Below, one piece after another: positions 28,655 through 39,027 of a DNA stretch of 64,000 nucleotides; positions within the stretch are counted from its first letter, which is position 1; every line of letters starts with the position of its first letter. Made by a program: the position numbers and the translations under genes. This stretch comes from Planctomycetota bacterium (GTDB lineage: Bacteria; Planctomycetota; GCA-002687715; CAIWVZ01): assembly GCA_044222185.1 (NCBI GenBank), contig JBGANV010000001.1, positions 1,952,001 to 2,016,000 on the forward strand, given 5' to 3'. The notes beneath the pieces are model-generated. The model made no database searches. It was not told where the DNA came from and saw only the letters and a program-made list of their open reading frames with translations.

Positions 28655-29824
28655 ATGACAACTCGGATGAACCTCGGCAAATGCGTGTCGTTCACGACAC
28701 AGCGGCGTGCGACGGCGTTCGTCGGCCTCGCCCTGATCCTCACCCTCTTCGCGAGCAGTGTCGGCGCCCAGGACCCGGCGAATCGCCGCTGTTACGAGTG
28801 TAAAGGCGCGGGGGTGCTTCCATGCACCAACAAGGCGTGCAAGCCGGACAAGTGCGGGCTGAAGATGCCCCACGATTGCTCGCAGATCTACTCGCTCACG
28901 TGCTGCCGCGGGACCCAGAAGGTGCTCTGCCCCAAGTGCAAGGACCCCGTGGCCGAGGCCGAGCTGAACTCGGAGCTCGACCGCCGCAAGGGCTGGCTCG
29001 ACCGCATGCGCGAGTTCGACACCAAGGTCGTCCCGGCGGCGCACGTGGAGACGATCCATTGGATCATGCACGACACGATCCCGACCTGGCGGGTCGGCGA
29101 CCAGACGCTCACCCGCGACCGCATGGCGCACCTCTTCATCGAGCGTATCGAGATCGCGACAGTGCGGTTCCAACAGGTCACGGGCGTCCTTCCGGTGAAC
29201 AAGCAGACGGCGATCCTGGTGGTCAGCTCCCAGGAGAACATGAAGGCCACCATCACGCAGGCCGGCGTCGGGCAGAAGATGCCCTACAAGCTGCTCTCGC
29301 ATCAGGGGCTGTTCACCACGTACCCGCACGAGGACTTCCTGAAGGACGAGAACTTCCACCCCCACGTGATCCACAACGCGACGCACCTCCTCACCCACGC
29401 CTGCATCACGCAGCCGCCTGACCTGTGCCCGTGGTTTCACGAGGCGATGTCCCACTGGATCGAGATCGACCTGTTCGGACGCCAGACGACCTTCTGCAGC
29501 CAGGAAGTGAAGAACAAGAAGGACGCCTGGGAGCTGTCCAACTGGAAGAAGAACATCTACGAAGAGGTCTGCGGCACGAAGGACGAGGCCCTCGCAGCGA
29601 TCATGACGCGTGACACCGACAAGCTCTCGTCGCGCGACAAGGCCCACGGCTGGTCGTTCCTCGAGTTCATGATCAGGACGCGCCCCGAAGAGTTCAAAAA
29701 GTTCTACGCTGCGCTGAAGAACACGAACGACACCAAGAAGGCCATGCAGACGGGGCTCGGTCTCTCGACCGCGGCATTCCAGGAGAAGTGGCGTGAATAC
29801 GTGCGCAAGACCTATGCACCGTGA
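28655..29824 (+). CDS. Secreted Cys-rich protein with degenerate gluzincin-like (HNxxH...E) domain
   Basis: Signal peptide; CYEC, CTNKAC, CC..CPKC; IHNATHLL..PWFHEAMSHWIE. Confidence 0.7.
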   Translation: MTTRMNLGKCVSFTTQRRATAFVGLALILTLFASSVGAQDPANRRCYECKGAGVLPCTNKACKPDKCGLKMPHDCSQIYSLTCCRGTQKVLCPKCKDPVAEAELNSELDRRKGWLDRMREFDTKVVPAAHVETIHWIMHDTIPTWRVGDQTLTRDRMAHLFIERIEIATVRFQQVTGVLPVNKQTAILVVSSQENMKATITQAGVGQKMPYKLLSHQGLFTTYPHEDFLKDENFHPHVIHNATHLLTHACITQPPDLCPWFHEAMSHWIEIDLFGRQTTFCSQEVKNKKDAWELSNWKKNIYEEVCGTKDEALAAIMTRDTDKLSSRDKAHGWSFLEFMIRTRPEEFKKFYAALKNTNDTKKAMQTGLGLSTAAFQEKWREYVRKTYAP

Positions 29825-31430
29825 GTTGATCCTCGCCGCGATCGGCCTGGCCCTTCTCCTCCCCGGGTCCCCCGCGTTCGCGCAGAAGGCGACCAAGGAC
29901 CCGCTCCCGCCCGAAGTCCAGGAGCGCCTGAAGGAATTCAAGAAGTTCGTCGGCAACCCCGAGCCTCGCGTGCGCTCCGAGCAGATGGAGCGACTCTCGG
30001 CCGTCGATTTCGTCGAGGGCGTCGACCTCCTGAAGCAGTACGGCCTGAAGGACGATTCGCGGATGGTGCAGGATCGCGCCATCTACGCGTTGTCGTGCCT
30101 GTCCAAGCCCGAGGCCGTCGCAGCCATCGTGGCCGGGTTGAAGGATGGCAACGACGCGATCCGTGCCGGGTGCGTCATGGCTCTCGCCAAGAGCAAGTCG
30201 CGACCCGATACGGCGCTTCCCGACATGTACGCGCTGGCCGCCGATCCTCGCGAGGACGTGAAGGTGGCCGCGTGCGAGGCGTTGGGCTTCGTCGGTCGGA
30301 AGGAAGCGACGCCGGCAATCCTCACTTGCTGCACGTCGGGCAACGAGCGCGTGGCGGTCGCCGCAGCGGACTCGTTGAGCCTCATCAAGGACCCGGCCGC
30401 CGCGCCGACCCTCATCGGCATGCTCAACACGGGTACGTGGCGCACGCAGGTTGCCGCGGTGAACGCGCTCGGACAGATCCGCGTCAAGGAATCGGTCGGC
30501 CCGCTCATCAAGTACCTGACGGAGGCCGAAGGTCGGCCCCGCGAAGACGCCAAGCGCGCTCTGGAGCTCATCACCACGCAAGAGTTCGGAATGAACACCT
30601 TCGCGTGGAACCAGTGGTGGAAGGGCGTCGAATCGAGCTGGACGGTCCCGCCGCCCGCGGTGAAGAAGGGCGCCGGGAAAGAGGAGCCCGACAACACGAA
30701 GGGCGACGCGTACGGACGGAAGCCGACGGGCTACCACCACATCAAGACCTACAGCCAGAAGTTGCTCTTCGTGATCGACGTGTCGTCGTCCATGCTGGAC
30801 CCGATCCGCGTCAAGCGCGGCGTCGACAAGAATGCCGTCGGCACGAAGACGAGTCGCAAGATCGACATCGCCCGCGAGGAGCTGGCCGCAACGCTGCGTA
30901 CCCTCGACGAGCAGACGAAGTTCAACGTCATCGCGTTCGAAACCGACGTCCGCTACTTCCGCAAGGAAGCCGTTTCGGCGACGAAGGCCACCATCGAGGA
31001 AGCGGTCCAGTGGGTCCAGAAGCAGGAACCACGATCGGCGGGCAGCAGCGGCGGCTTCAAGACGTCGTCCGGGACGGACGAGAACGGCTGGCTCATGGGC
31101 CGGACCAACACCTATGCGGCCCTGAAGGCCGCGTTCGGCCTCCCGATCAAGCCCGGCAAGCGCGGCATGACCGGCGGCACGACGGGCGGCGGGAACCCAC
31201 CCAAGGTCACGAAGCCGGCAACGGATACAGTGTTCTTCCTCACGGACGGTGAACCGACCGAGGGTGAGACGACGAACATCGACGAGATTCTCGAAGACGT
31301 ACGGTCATGGAACAAGTCGGGGCGCATGGTCATCAACACGATCGGGATGAGCGAGACCAACGCACTTCGCAAGCTCCTCGACGGTCTCGCCGAGGTCACG
31401 AACGGCAAGACCGTGTACCTGGGCGAGTGA
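29814..31430 (+). CDS. Secreted HEAT-repeat + von Willebrand A domain protein
   Basis: Signal peptide (AFAQ), HEAT repeats, MIDAS DVSSSM..T..FLTDGEP. Confidence 0.85.
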   Translation: MHRELILAAIGLALLLPGSPAFAQKATKDPLPPEVQERLKEFKKFVGNPEPRVRSEQMERLSAVDFVEGVDLLKQYGLKDDSRMVQDRAIYALSCLSKPEAVAAIVAGLKDGNDAIRAGCVMALAKSKSRPDTALPDMYALAADPREDVKVAACEALGFVGRKEATPAILTCCTSGNERVAVAAADSLSLIKDPAAAPTLIGMLNTGTWRTQVAAVNALGQIRVKESVGPLIKYLTEAEGRPREDAKRALELITTQEFGMNTFAWNQWWKGVESSWTVPPPAVKKGAGKEEPDNTKGDAYGRKPTGYHHIKTYSQKLLFVIDVSSSMLDPIRVKRGVDKNAVGTKTSRKIDIAREELAATLRTLDEQTKFNVIAFETDVRYFRKEAVSATKATIEEAVQWVQKQEPRSAGSSGGFKTSSGTDENGWLMGRTNTYAALKAAFGLPIKPGKRGMTGGTTGGGNPPKVTKPATDTVFFLTDGEPTEGETTNIDEILEDVRSWNKSGRMVINTIGMSETNALRKLLDGLAEVTNGKTVYLGE

Positions 31431-33181
31431 TCCTGCTGCGGTGGGCCGCGCGGCTCGCCGTGGTGCTCTCCGTCGCCGGCTGCGGCGACGGCTCCCCTTC
31501 CGCTGCGCCACCGCCCGGCGCGCCGTCGGACGCAGGCATTGGCCGGATGTCGTTCACGGACGTCACGCCGGCCTCGGGTCTCACGCTGAGGAACGTCAAC
31601 GGGGACGTCACGGCGAAGCCGACGATCCTGGAAAGCCTCGGTCAGGGCGCTGCGGCGTTCGATTTCGACGGGGACGGTCTTCTCGACCTCTTCGTCTGCA
31701 ACGGCGACACGTTTCACGACCAGCCCGCGGGTGCAACACCGCGGTGCGCGCTGTATCGCCAGGATCGTCCGTGGCACTTCACCGACGTCTCCGAGTCTGC
31801 CCACGTCGAGCTGCGAGGCTGGTATCAGGGCGCCTGGGCCGCGGACTATGACGGTGACGGCCGGACGGACCTGTTTCTGACGGCGTTCGGCACCTCGAAG
31901 CTTCTGCGGAACAAGGGAGACGGCACGTTCGAGGACGTCACGGATCGCACGGGCACCGGGTTGAAGGGCTGGTCGAGTGGCGCCGCCTTCTTCGACGCGG
32001 ACGGCGATGGTGACCTCGATCTCTACGTGGGGCGCTACGTCGACTTCGATCTCGAACATCTGCCGAACGGCGGGAAGCCGTGCAGCTACCTCGGCATCAA
32101 GGTGGCCTGCGGCCCCCACGGCCTCACACCTTCGAGCGACGTGTTCCTCGAGAACGTCGGCGGGCGGTTCGTCGACGCGTCGGCCAGGTTCGGGTTCGAC
32201 AAGGTGAAACCTGCCTACGCACTCGGAGTCGTCGCATTCGACTTCGACCTCGACGGCGACATGGACGTCTACGTCGCCAACGATTCCGTCGCCAACTACC
32301 TGTTCGAGAACCGAGGTGGCGGGCACTTCGCGGACGTCGCCCCCTCGCTGGGTTGCGACCTCGGCGAAGGCGGACGCCCGCAGGCAAGCATGGGGATCGA
32401 TTGTGCCGACTACGACCTCGACGGCAGGCCCGACATCTTCATCACGAACTTCGCGAAGGACACGAGCACGCTGTACCGCAACGTGAACGACGGGAAGGTC
32501 GCGGGCTTCTTCGACTCGACGGTCGTGTCGGGACTGGGGCCGCCCTCGTTCAACATGCTCAAGTGGGGCACGCGGATCCTGGATTTCGACCGCGACGGGT
32601 GGCCCGACATCGTCGTGGCCAACGGCCACATCTATCCGCAGGTCGATGCGGCACCGCTCGACATGACCTTCCGCCAGCGCAACCAGATGTTCCGCAGCCA
32701 GGGCCGCAACGGGCGGGGCCAGGTCACCTTCGTGGACGAGAAACCGGCCGGCGGGTTCTTCGACAAGGTGTTGTCGAGTCGTGGCCTCCTCGCCGCAGAT
32801 TTCGACGATGATGGCGATCAGGATCTCTTCATCGTCGAGATGGACGAACCGCCGTCGCTCGGGCGCAACGACACGTCGTCGACAGGCCACTGGCTCGGCG
32901 TGCGCCTGATGGGCGCGGGCATGAACCGGGATGCCATCGGTGCCGTCCTCGTCATCGAGGACTCGGGCGGACGCATGCGGCGGGTCGAGCGGACCTACGG
33001 CGCGGGGTTCTACTCCACCTCCGACGCGCGCCTGTGGACCGGTCTCGGTCCCTACACGATCAAGACGGCAAAGGTGATCTGGCCCGACCGCACCGAAACG
33101 CCGATCCCGCCCACGGCGATCGACGGCTACGTCACTGCCGACCAGGCCACCGGGACCGCGCGAGCCGGCAAGCGGCCATGA
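31427..33181 (+). CDS. CRTAC1/ASPIC-UnbV family FG-GAP repeat lipoprotein
   Basis: Lipobox VAGC; repeated D[FY]DxDGxxD; NRDAIGA..V motif of the ASPIC/UnbV tail. Confidence 0.9.
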   Translation: MILLRWAARLAVVLSVAGCGDGSPSAAPPPGAPSDAGIGRMSFTDVTPASGLTLRNVNGDVTAKPTILESLGQGAAAFDFDGDGLLDLFVCNGDTFHDQPAGATPRCALYRQDRPWHFTDVSESAHVELRGWYQGAWAADYDGDGRTDLFLTAFGTSKLLRNKGDGTFEDVTDRTGTGLKGWSSGAAFFDADGDGDLDLYVGRYVDFDLEHLPNGGKPCSYLGIKVACGPHGLTPSSDVFLENVGGRFVDASARFGFDKVKPAYALGVVAFDFDLDGDMDVYVANDSVANYLFENRGGGHFADVAPSLGCDLGEGGRPQASMGIDCADYDLDGRPDIFITNFAKDTSTLYRNVNDGKVAGFFDSTVVSGLGPPSFNMLKWGTRILDFDRDGWPDIVVANGHIYPQVDAAPLDMTFRQRNQMFRSQGRNGRGQVTFVDEKPAGGFFDKVLSSRGLLAADFDDDGDQDLFIVEMDEPPSLGRNDTSSTGHWLGVRLMGAGMNRDAIGAVLVIEDSGGRMRRVERTYGAGFYSTSDARLWTGLGPYTIKTAKVIWPDRTETPIPPTAIDGYVTADQATGTARAGKRP

Positions 33182-34293
33182 GAAGATCCCGGGATGACCT
33201 GGAGATCGCGATGCACGGCCGCATCGCGGACGTCACGCTGCATGAAGCGTGGCTCGCTTCCGACCTTCCGGCAGCGCGCCGTGCGGCCGCTGCGATCGTC
33301 GCCGCCAAGCCCGAGTCGGCGATCCTCCATCTTCCGCCTGGGCGCATCGAGACGCGTGCCGCAGTGTTGCTCGATGCCCTCGCCACCGAACTCGAGCGCC
33401 AGTCCCTGAAGATCCGGATCGTGCCCGGGTCGCCCGAGCAAGAGCGCTTCCTGACGTCGTTCCGAGCGGCCTCGCCTGGCCCGCGCCCTGCGCCGCGCAG
33501 AACCCTCATCGAGATCATCGCCGCACACCAGCAGCAGACGATCGACTCCGTCTTGCGCTACCTGGACATCTTCCGGCGCGCGCTCGCGCAGCTCGTCCTC
33601 GGGCTCTTGCTGAGGGTCCGATGGCGCGGGGATGACTTCCTCGCATCCACGCTCCGCATGGGGCGCGACGCCGTGCCGCTCGTCGGACTCATCTCCATGC
33701 TGATCGGCGCGATCCTCGCCCTGCAGGCAGGTCCGTTCTTCGCCAGATTCGGACAGGAGATCCTCGTCCCCCAACTCGTCGCCATGTCGATGCTCCGCGA
33801 AATCGGCCCTCTGCTGACCGCCGTGCTCGTGGCAGGGCGCAGCGGCTCGAGTCTTGCCGCCGAGATCGGCACGATGCGGGTCGCCGAGGAGATCGACGCG
33901 CTCGAAGTGATGGGCGCGGACCCCGTTCGCGTCCTCGTCACGCCGCGCCTCGTAGCCATGGGCGTCGCCCTTCCGTGCCTCGTCGTCATCGCGGACGTGG
34001 TCGGAGTCCTGGGCGGCATGATCGTGGGGTCCGTATTCTTGAACGTGCCTGCCGTCGCCTACCTCTCGGAGACGCAGAAGGCGCTGAAGCTCTCGGACGT
34101 CGTCGGAGGGCTGGCGAAGGCCGTGGCATTTGCGCTGGTGATCGTCACCGTGGCCGCACACCAGGGATTCGCGACGACTGGGGGCGCGACCGGCGTCGGA
34201 CGGCGGACGACGAAGTCCGTGGTTCTCGCCATCCTGTGGATCATCATCGTAGACGGGTTCTTCACCTGGCTGCTGTACCGGATGGACCTCTGA
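33178..34293 (+). CDS. MlaE-family ABC permease with degenerate N-terminal STAS-like region
   Basis: LREIGPLLTAVLVAGRSGS..AAEIGTMRVAEEIDALEVMG.DP, GVGRRTTKSVV. Confidence 0.92.
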   Translation: MRRSRDDLEIAMHGRIADVTLHEAWLASDLPAARRAAAAIVAAKPESAILHLPPGRIETRAAVLLDALATELERQSLKIRIVPGSPEQERFLTSFRAASPGPRPAPRRTLIEIIAAHQQQTIDSVLRYLDIFRRALAQLVLGLLLRVRWRGDDFLASTLRMGRDAVPLVGLISMLIGAILALQAGPFFARFGQEILVPQLVAMSMLREIGPLLTAVLVAGRSGSSLAAEIGTMRVAEEIDALEVMGADPVRVLVTPRLVAMGVALPCLVVIADVVGVLGGMIVGSVFLNVPAVAYLSETQKALKLSDVVGGLAKAVAFALVIVTVAAHQGFATTGGATGVGRRTTKSVVLAILWIIIVDGFFTWLLYRMDL

Positions 34294-34294
34294 C

Positions 34295-35113
34295 GTGGCA
34301 ACGAAGCCTACCGACGGTGATGCGGCAATCGTGATCCGAGGCCTCGTCTGCGGCTACGGCGACCGCGTGGTCCTGGACGTGCCCGAACTCCGCATCCGAC
34401 GCGGGCGCATCACCTGCGTCCTCGGCCCCAGCGGCTGCGGCAAGAGCACGCTCCTACGCAACATCCTGCTCCTCGAGAGGCCGCGCGCGGGCACGGTGCT
34501 CGTCGATGGCGCGGACGTGACGGAGCCGGACGGCCGTTCGCTCGCGGCGTTCCGTGGCAGGGCCGGAGTCCTCTTCCAGGGCGCAGCCCTGTTCAACAGC
34601 CTCACCCTGCTCGAGAACGTCGCCTTCCCGATCCTCGAGAGAGGTGGCACGAGCCGGGAGCTCGCTCGCCGCGTCGCGGCCCAGAAGCTCGAACTCGTCG
34701 GGCTCACTGAGTTCGGCACGTTCCTCCCGGCCGAGCTTTCGGGCGGGATGCGCAAGCGCGCCGGAATCGCGCGTGCCATAGCACTCGACCCCGACTACCT
34801 GTTCCTCGATGAGCCTTCGGCGGGTCTCGATCCGATCACCGCCGCAGAGATCGACGCGCTCGTCCAGTCCATCCGCGATCAGTTCGGAACGACGATCGTC
34901 TCGATCACGCACGAGCTGGCCTCGCTCCATCTCGTTGCCGAGGAACTCGTGGTGCTCGCCGACGGCAAGTTGCGCGCGACGGGCACCCTCGAGGCCGTGA
35001 AGGCCGTCGACGACCCCATGATCCGCGACTTCTTCGAGCGCCGCGCCCCGGAACGGAAGGACGCCTCACGACCTTTCGCCGGTCGGTTGGAGCCGGGCCG
35101 AAGTGCCACGTAG
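34295..35113 (+). CDS. MlaF/Mkl-family ABC ATPase
   Basis: GPSGCGKST, LFQGAALF, ELSGGMRKRAGIARA, DEPSAGLDP, ITH. Confidence 0.92.
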   Translation: MATKPTDGDAAIVIRGLVCGYGDRVVLDVPELRIRRGRITCVLGPSGCGKSTLLRNILLLERPRAGTVLVDGADVTEPDGRSLAAFRGRAGVLFQGAALFNSLTLLENVAFPILERGGTSRELARRVAAQKLELVGLTEFGTFLPAELSGGMRKRAGIARAIALDPDYLFLDEPSAGLDPITAAEIDALVQSIRDQFGTTIVSITHELASLHLVAEELVVLADGKLRATGTLEAVKAVDDPMIRDFFERRAPERKDASRPFAGRLEPGRSAT

Positions 35114-35122
35114 CATGCCGCC

Positions 35123-36220
35123 GTGAACACGCTGTCGCGCGGGCAACGAGTTCAGGCCGTCCTGTTTCTCATCGTCGGCATCACCGTCGTGGTGGCTGCC
35201 TGTTTCTTCCTCATTGGCGCGCCGCTCTTCACGGCGCCCAAGCCGCGCTTCATCGTCCGATTCGCCGAATCGATCGCTGGCGTCGAGCCGGGCACGGCCG
35301 TGAAGTACCGCGGCGTGAAGATGGGCAAGGTCGAGGCGATCTCCATCGACGACAAGCACGACGAGGTCGAGATCCTGCTCGAGGTCGACCCGGACCTGCG
35401 AGTCACGAAGACGACGATGGCGAAGATCGCCTCCCAAGGACTGCTCGGGCCGTACTTCATCGAGCTGTCGGGAAGCAGCGAGGGGTCTCCCGAGCTGCCG
35501 CCCATGAGTCGGATCCCGACCGACGACTCCACGATGCGGCGCATCATCGAGGCCGGAACCACGAGCATGGAGAAGCTCGGACCCGTTCTCCGCAACCTCG
35601 AACGCCTCACCGGTCCGGAGAACGAGAAGCGCCTCCAGGACCTGCTCGAAGCCACCACGCGCCTCGCCAACACGACCAACGCGACGATCGAGCGTCTGGA
35701 TCCCGAGGCCCGGCGCGTCTTGAAGAGCTGGGCCGACCTGGGAACGGACGCGAGCCAGGTTCTCCACGACAACGTCGAGTCTCTCGACGCGATCGTGAAA
35801 GACACACGCGCGGTCGTCGCCAGCGTTCGTCGCTACCTGGAGGAAGGCCACCTCGAGCGGCTGACGGACGAGACGACGAAGACCATGCAGACCGGACGCG
35901 CCGAGATCAGTCGGGTGTCCAGCAGCATCACGAACTGGGTCAACGAAGACCGGATCGGAACACGGGTGTCCGATGCCGTCGCCGCGCTCGAACGCCTGGA
36001 GAAGCAACTGCACTCGGTGATCTCCGTGCTCGAGACGGAGGTCGTGACGGTGAGCCGCAGCGAGCTCAGTCCGACGTTGCGCGGATTCCGTGACGCGGTG
36101 CGCGATCTCGGAGACCTGGTGCGCGTCCTCCGAAACGACCCGTCGCTCGTCATCCTCTCGCAGCCGCGCGGCGAGGTGACGATTCCCGAACGCGCCCCTC
36201 CACCGGAACCCAAGAAATGA
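35123..36220 (+). CDS. MlaD/MCE-domain protein with long helical tail
   Basis: N-terminal TM; F.ESIAGV.PGTAVKYRGV.MGKV; GLLG..FIEL. Confidence 0.9.
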   Translation: MNTLSRGQRVQAVLFLIVGITVVVAACFFLIGAPLFTAPKPRFIVRFAESIAGVEPGTAVKYRGVKMGKVEAISIDDKHDEVEILLEVDPDLRVTKTTMAKIASQGLLGPYFIELSGSSEGSPELPPMSRIPTDDSTMRRIIEAGTTSMEKLGPVLRNLERLTGPENEKRLQDLLEATTRLANTTNATIERLDPEARRVLKSWADLGTDASQVLHDNVESLDAIVKDTRAVVASVRRYLEEGHLERLTDETTKTMQTGRAEISRVSSSITNWVNEDRIGTRVSDAVAALERLEKQLHSVISVLETEVVTVSRSELSPTLRGFRDAVRDLGDLVRVLRNDPSLVILSQPRGEVTIPERAPPPEPKK

Positions 36221-36816
36221 AGCGTCGCGCCGCGGTCACGTCCGCCTTGGCACTCGTGGTGCTCCTCGCCGCGTGCAGCATCGTCGCCGGAACTCGCCCG
36301 CCCGGCGAGGCCGAGACGTACGTCGTGAAAGCCCGATCGGCCGAGTCGCGCCCCGCGTCCGGCGGCCCCGTGATCCGGGTTGCGGACATCGAGGTGGCGT
36401 CCCACCTGCGCGGAGTGACCATCACGAGCGCGGGTGGCCGGGTCCAGACCCTGGTCAATACCCGCTTCGCGGCGCCGATTCACGAGATGGTGGAGGACGT
36501 GATCGTCGACCGGCTCCGCAGCTCCGGCCGCTTCTCGACCGTGTTGCCGTCGGGGGACCCTGGGAAGGCGGACCGCACGCTCCGACTCCAACTGCGAACC
36601 TTCGAGGTGGACGTCTCGGGCTCGCAGGATCTGGCGATAGCCGGCCTAGACGGAACGCTCACGCCGGAAGGTGAGCGAACCCTCCTCGCGACGCTTCACT
36701 GCCGCGGCGACTCGGCCGTGCGGTCGCGCGAGCCCGAGGACCTCGTGAGCGCCCTCGAGGCGGCGCTGAACGCGGCCGTCGATGCGCTCCTGGTCGAGCT
36801 CACCAAGGCGAATTGA
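36217..36816 (+). CDS. PqiC-like ABC auxiliary lipoprotein
   Basis: Lipobox LAAC; follows MCE gene; RFAAP..MV, L..FE motifs. Confidence 0.75.
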   Translation: MKRRAAVTSALALVVLLAACSIVAGTRPPGEAETYVVKARSAESRPASGGPVIRVADIEVASHLRGVTITSAGGRVQTLVNTRFAAPIHEMVEDVIVDRLRSSGRFSTVLPSGDPGKADRTLRLQLRTFEVDVSGSQDLAIAGLDGTLTPEGERTLLATLHCRGDSAVRSREPEDLVSALEAALNAAVDALLVELTKAN

Positions 36817-36948
36817 CGGCGGATCGACGCGGGCCCGTCGCCCACACGTCCTGGGTCCGGTTGATCGCCGCGATCTCCGCGCATAACGTCGTCGTCCCGT
36901 TCGGGGGCTCCTTCGTCTCCGAACCCCGTTCCTGCGCGCGAGCCCACG

Positions 36949-37473
36949 ATGCCTTCGACCACATTGTTCGACATCTCGAATATCGACCTCACGCGGGAGG
37001 TCGTCCCGATCGACGAAGTGCGCTCGATGATCCCCCACCGCTTCGAGTTCGCGCTCCTGGACGGCATCGTCCACTTCGACCCGGAGTCGCTCGATGCCAT
37101 GGGATTCCACGATGCGCGGCCGGATGCGTTCTGGGTCCGGGGACACATCCCCGGTGATCCGATCTTTCCTGGCGCCCTGATGGTCGAGACCGCGGCGCAA
37201 TTGTCGTCGTACTGCTACGGCAAGCGCTTCGGCACGGACCCGAGTCGCTTCTTCGGCTTCGGCGGCATCGACAAGGTGAAGTTCCGCAGCATGGTCCGGC
37301 CCGGGCAGCGGCTCTACGTCCTCTGCAAGCAGATCACGCTGGACCGCCGCTACTCGCGCTTCGCCGTGCAGGGACTTTGCGAAGGCCGCAGCTGCTTCGA
37401 GGGCGAGATCATCGGCGTGACGATGCCCTCGGGTCGCGGCGGCTCGGCGAGCCGCTCGAATTCGACCACCTGA
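36949..37473 (+). CDS. fabZ: FabA/FabZ-family 3-hydroxyacyl-ACP dehydratase
   Basis: IPHRFEFALLD, GHIPGDPIFPGALMVE.AAQ, VKFRSMVRPG. Confidence 0.82.
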   Translation: MPSTTLFDISNIDLTREVVPIDEVRSMIPHRFEFALLDGIVHFDPESLDAMGFHDARPDAFWVRGHIPGDPIFPGALMVETAAQLSSYCYGKRFGTDPSRFFGFGGIDKVKFRSMVRPGQRLYVLCKQITLDRRYSRFAVQGLCEGRSCFEGEIIGVTMPSGRGGSASRSNSTT

Positions 37474-37542
37474 CCGCGACCGGCACCCGAACGGGGCCCG
37501 GTCGAGAGTGTGCATTCGATTCGCCGACTGGAGGGCTCCGAC

Positions 37543-38961
37543 ATGTGCAGGCAGCTCCGTTTCGCGTTGGCGCTCGCGCTCGTCCCCTCGATCCAGACCC
37601 CCGCGCAGTCCTTCGACGACGTGTGGAAGGAGTCGGTGGCGACGCTCTGCCCCAAGTTGACCGAGCTCGCGCGATGGTGCGGAGCCAACGGGTTGGCGGG
37701 AACGCGTGACGACGTGTTCGAGCGCATCCTGATCCTGGATCCGAACCACGCGGAGGCCCGGCGTGTACTCCAGGACACGAAGCAGAAGGATGGCAGCTGG
37801 GCACGGTCGTCGAGCTACAAGCGCCCCAAGGACGGGCTGGCGGCGTCGGCCGAGACGTTCGCGGCGCGATGGAAGGAGACCGTCGGGCCGGTCACCGATC
37901 GTCTCCTGAGCCTGGCAGCGCCTCCGGAACGCGACACGCGGCCGGCGAGCGTGAGGTACTCGACGCTGACGCGGGTGGCGCGGCTGGATCCGGCGGATCC
38001 GCGCGCGCACAAGCTCCTGCGTGAAGTCGAGGTCGAAGGGCGATGGGTCCTGGAGGAGACGGCGGCGGCGCGACGCCAGCGGCCGAACGTGGCCAAGCAG
38101 GCCGCGGCCGCGAAGGCCGCCGTGCGGGTCGACGAGGGCGCACCGACGGCAGCCGAGCGCGACCTGGGTCCCAAGTGGAAGTCCGCGTTCGTGTCTCCCC
38201 GGGTCCGAGTCCTCGCCGCGACGACGAGCGCGGAGGCCAAGTCCATGGCCCAGGCGGCGACGGCCATCCTGGACGTGGCCGACGCCGTCATCGGCGACGG
38301 CAAGCCGCGCGGGAAGCCATTCACGATCTTCCACGTCGAGAAGGGCGAGGACGCCCACGCGCTCGTCGACAAGCACCCGCTCCCCGACGAGATGTCGCGG
38401 TACTTCCTCGCGTTGAAGGGCGGCGCCTGGCTTTCGGGCGACACGCTCGCCATGGCCGACGAGACGCCGACGGGACGCATCGAGTCCTCGACGCGTGCCG
38501 TCGTGAACGGGTATTTCGGCACCGCATTCGAGGCTGACATCTCGCTCGAGCCCACGCTGCAGGCGCTCTCGACCCTGATCGGCGCGCTGGTGAGCGGAAA
38601 GCGCCCTCTGCAGGTCGACGAAGCGAAGCTCGACGACGCGGCCGACATCAAGATGGTCTTCCGCTTGAACGACCCGAAAGTCGACTGGATGGTCGAGGCC
38701 CGGCAACTCTCTCGCGCAGGCCGATTCCTTCCGCTGAAGGACTGCTTCAAGGATTCGGCCGTGCGGATCGGCTCACGCGGTCAATTCGGAGCCGCGATCT
38801 TCGCCGAGTACATGCTCTACGGCCGGCATGCGGAGCTTCTGCCCCTGCTCGCGGAGATCGGCAAGAGCGGCGGCAGCCGGATGGCCGTGCCAAAGGCCCT
38901 CGGGTGCGAGCTCGACGAGCTCGACGTCCGAATCGCGCGGTGGCTCGAGGAGTACCCCTGA
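37543..38961 (+). CDS. Secreted hypothetical protein
   Basis: Signal peptide; repeated LDP.H/D..A...L segments; long ORF with typical codon usage. Confidence 0.7.
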   Translation: MCRQLRFALALALVPSIQTPAQSFDDVWKESVATLCPKLTELARWCGANGLAGTRDDVFERILILDPNHAEARRVLQDTKQKDGSWARSSSYKRPKDGLAASAETFAARWKETVGPVTDRLLSLAAPPERDTRPASVRYSTLTRVARLDPADPRAHKLLREVEVEGRWVLEETAAARRQRPNVAKQAAAAKAAVRVDEGAPTAAERDLGPKWKSAFVSPRVRVLAATTSAEAKSMAQAATAILDVADAVIGDGKPRGKPFTIFHVEKGEDAHALVDKHPLPDEMSRYFLALKGGAWLSGDTLAMADETPTGRIESSTRAVVNGYFGTAFEADISLEPTLQALSTLIGALVSGKRPLQVDEAKLDDAADIKMVFRLNDPKVDWMVEARQLSRAGRFLPLKDCFKDSAVRIGSRGQFGAAIFAEYMLYGRHAELLPLLAEIGKSGGSRMAVPKALGCELDELDVRIARWLEEYP

Positions 38962-39027
38962 GCCACGCGCGCGGGTCCGAGAACGGCGTCGTCGTCGCCG
39001 GGTCGTGCGTGTCGACGACGGAGGCGG

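Noticed and set aside
31600-32900. Recurring GACTTCGACnnnGACGGC-like sequences (also 41900-43000) as a CRISPR or DNA repeat array
   Set aside because: They are in-frame FG-GAP calcium-binding motifs, degenerate at the DNA level and irregularly spaced.
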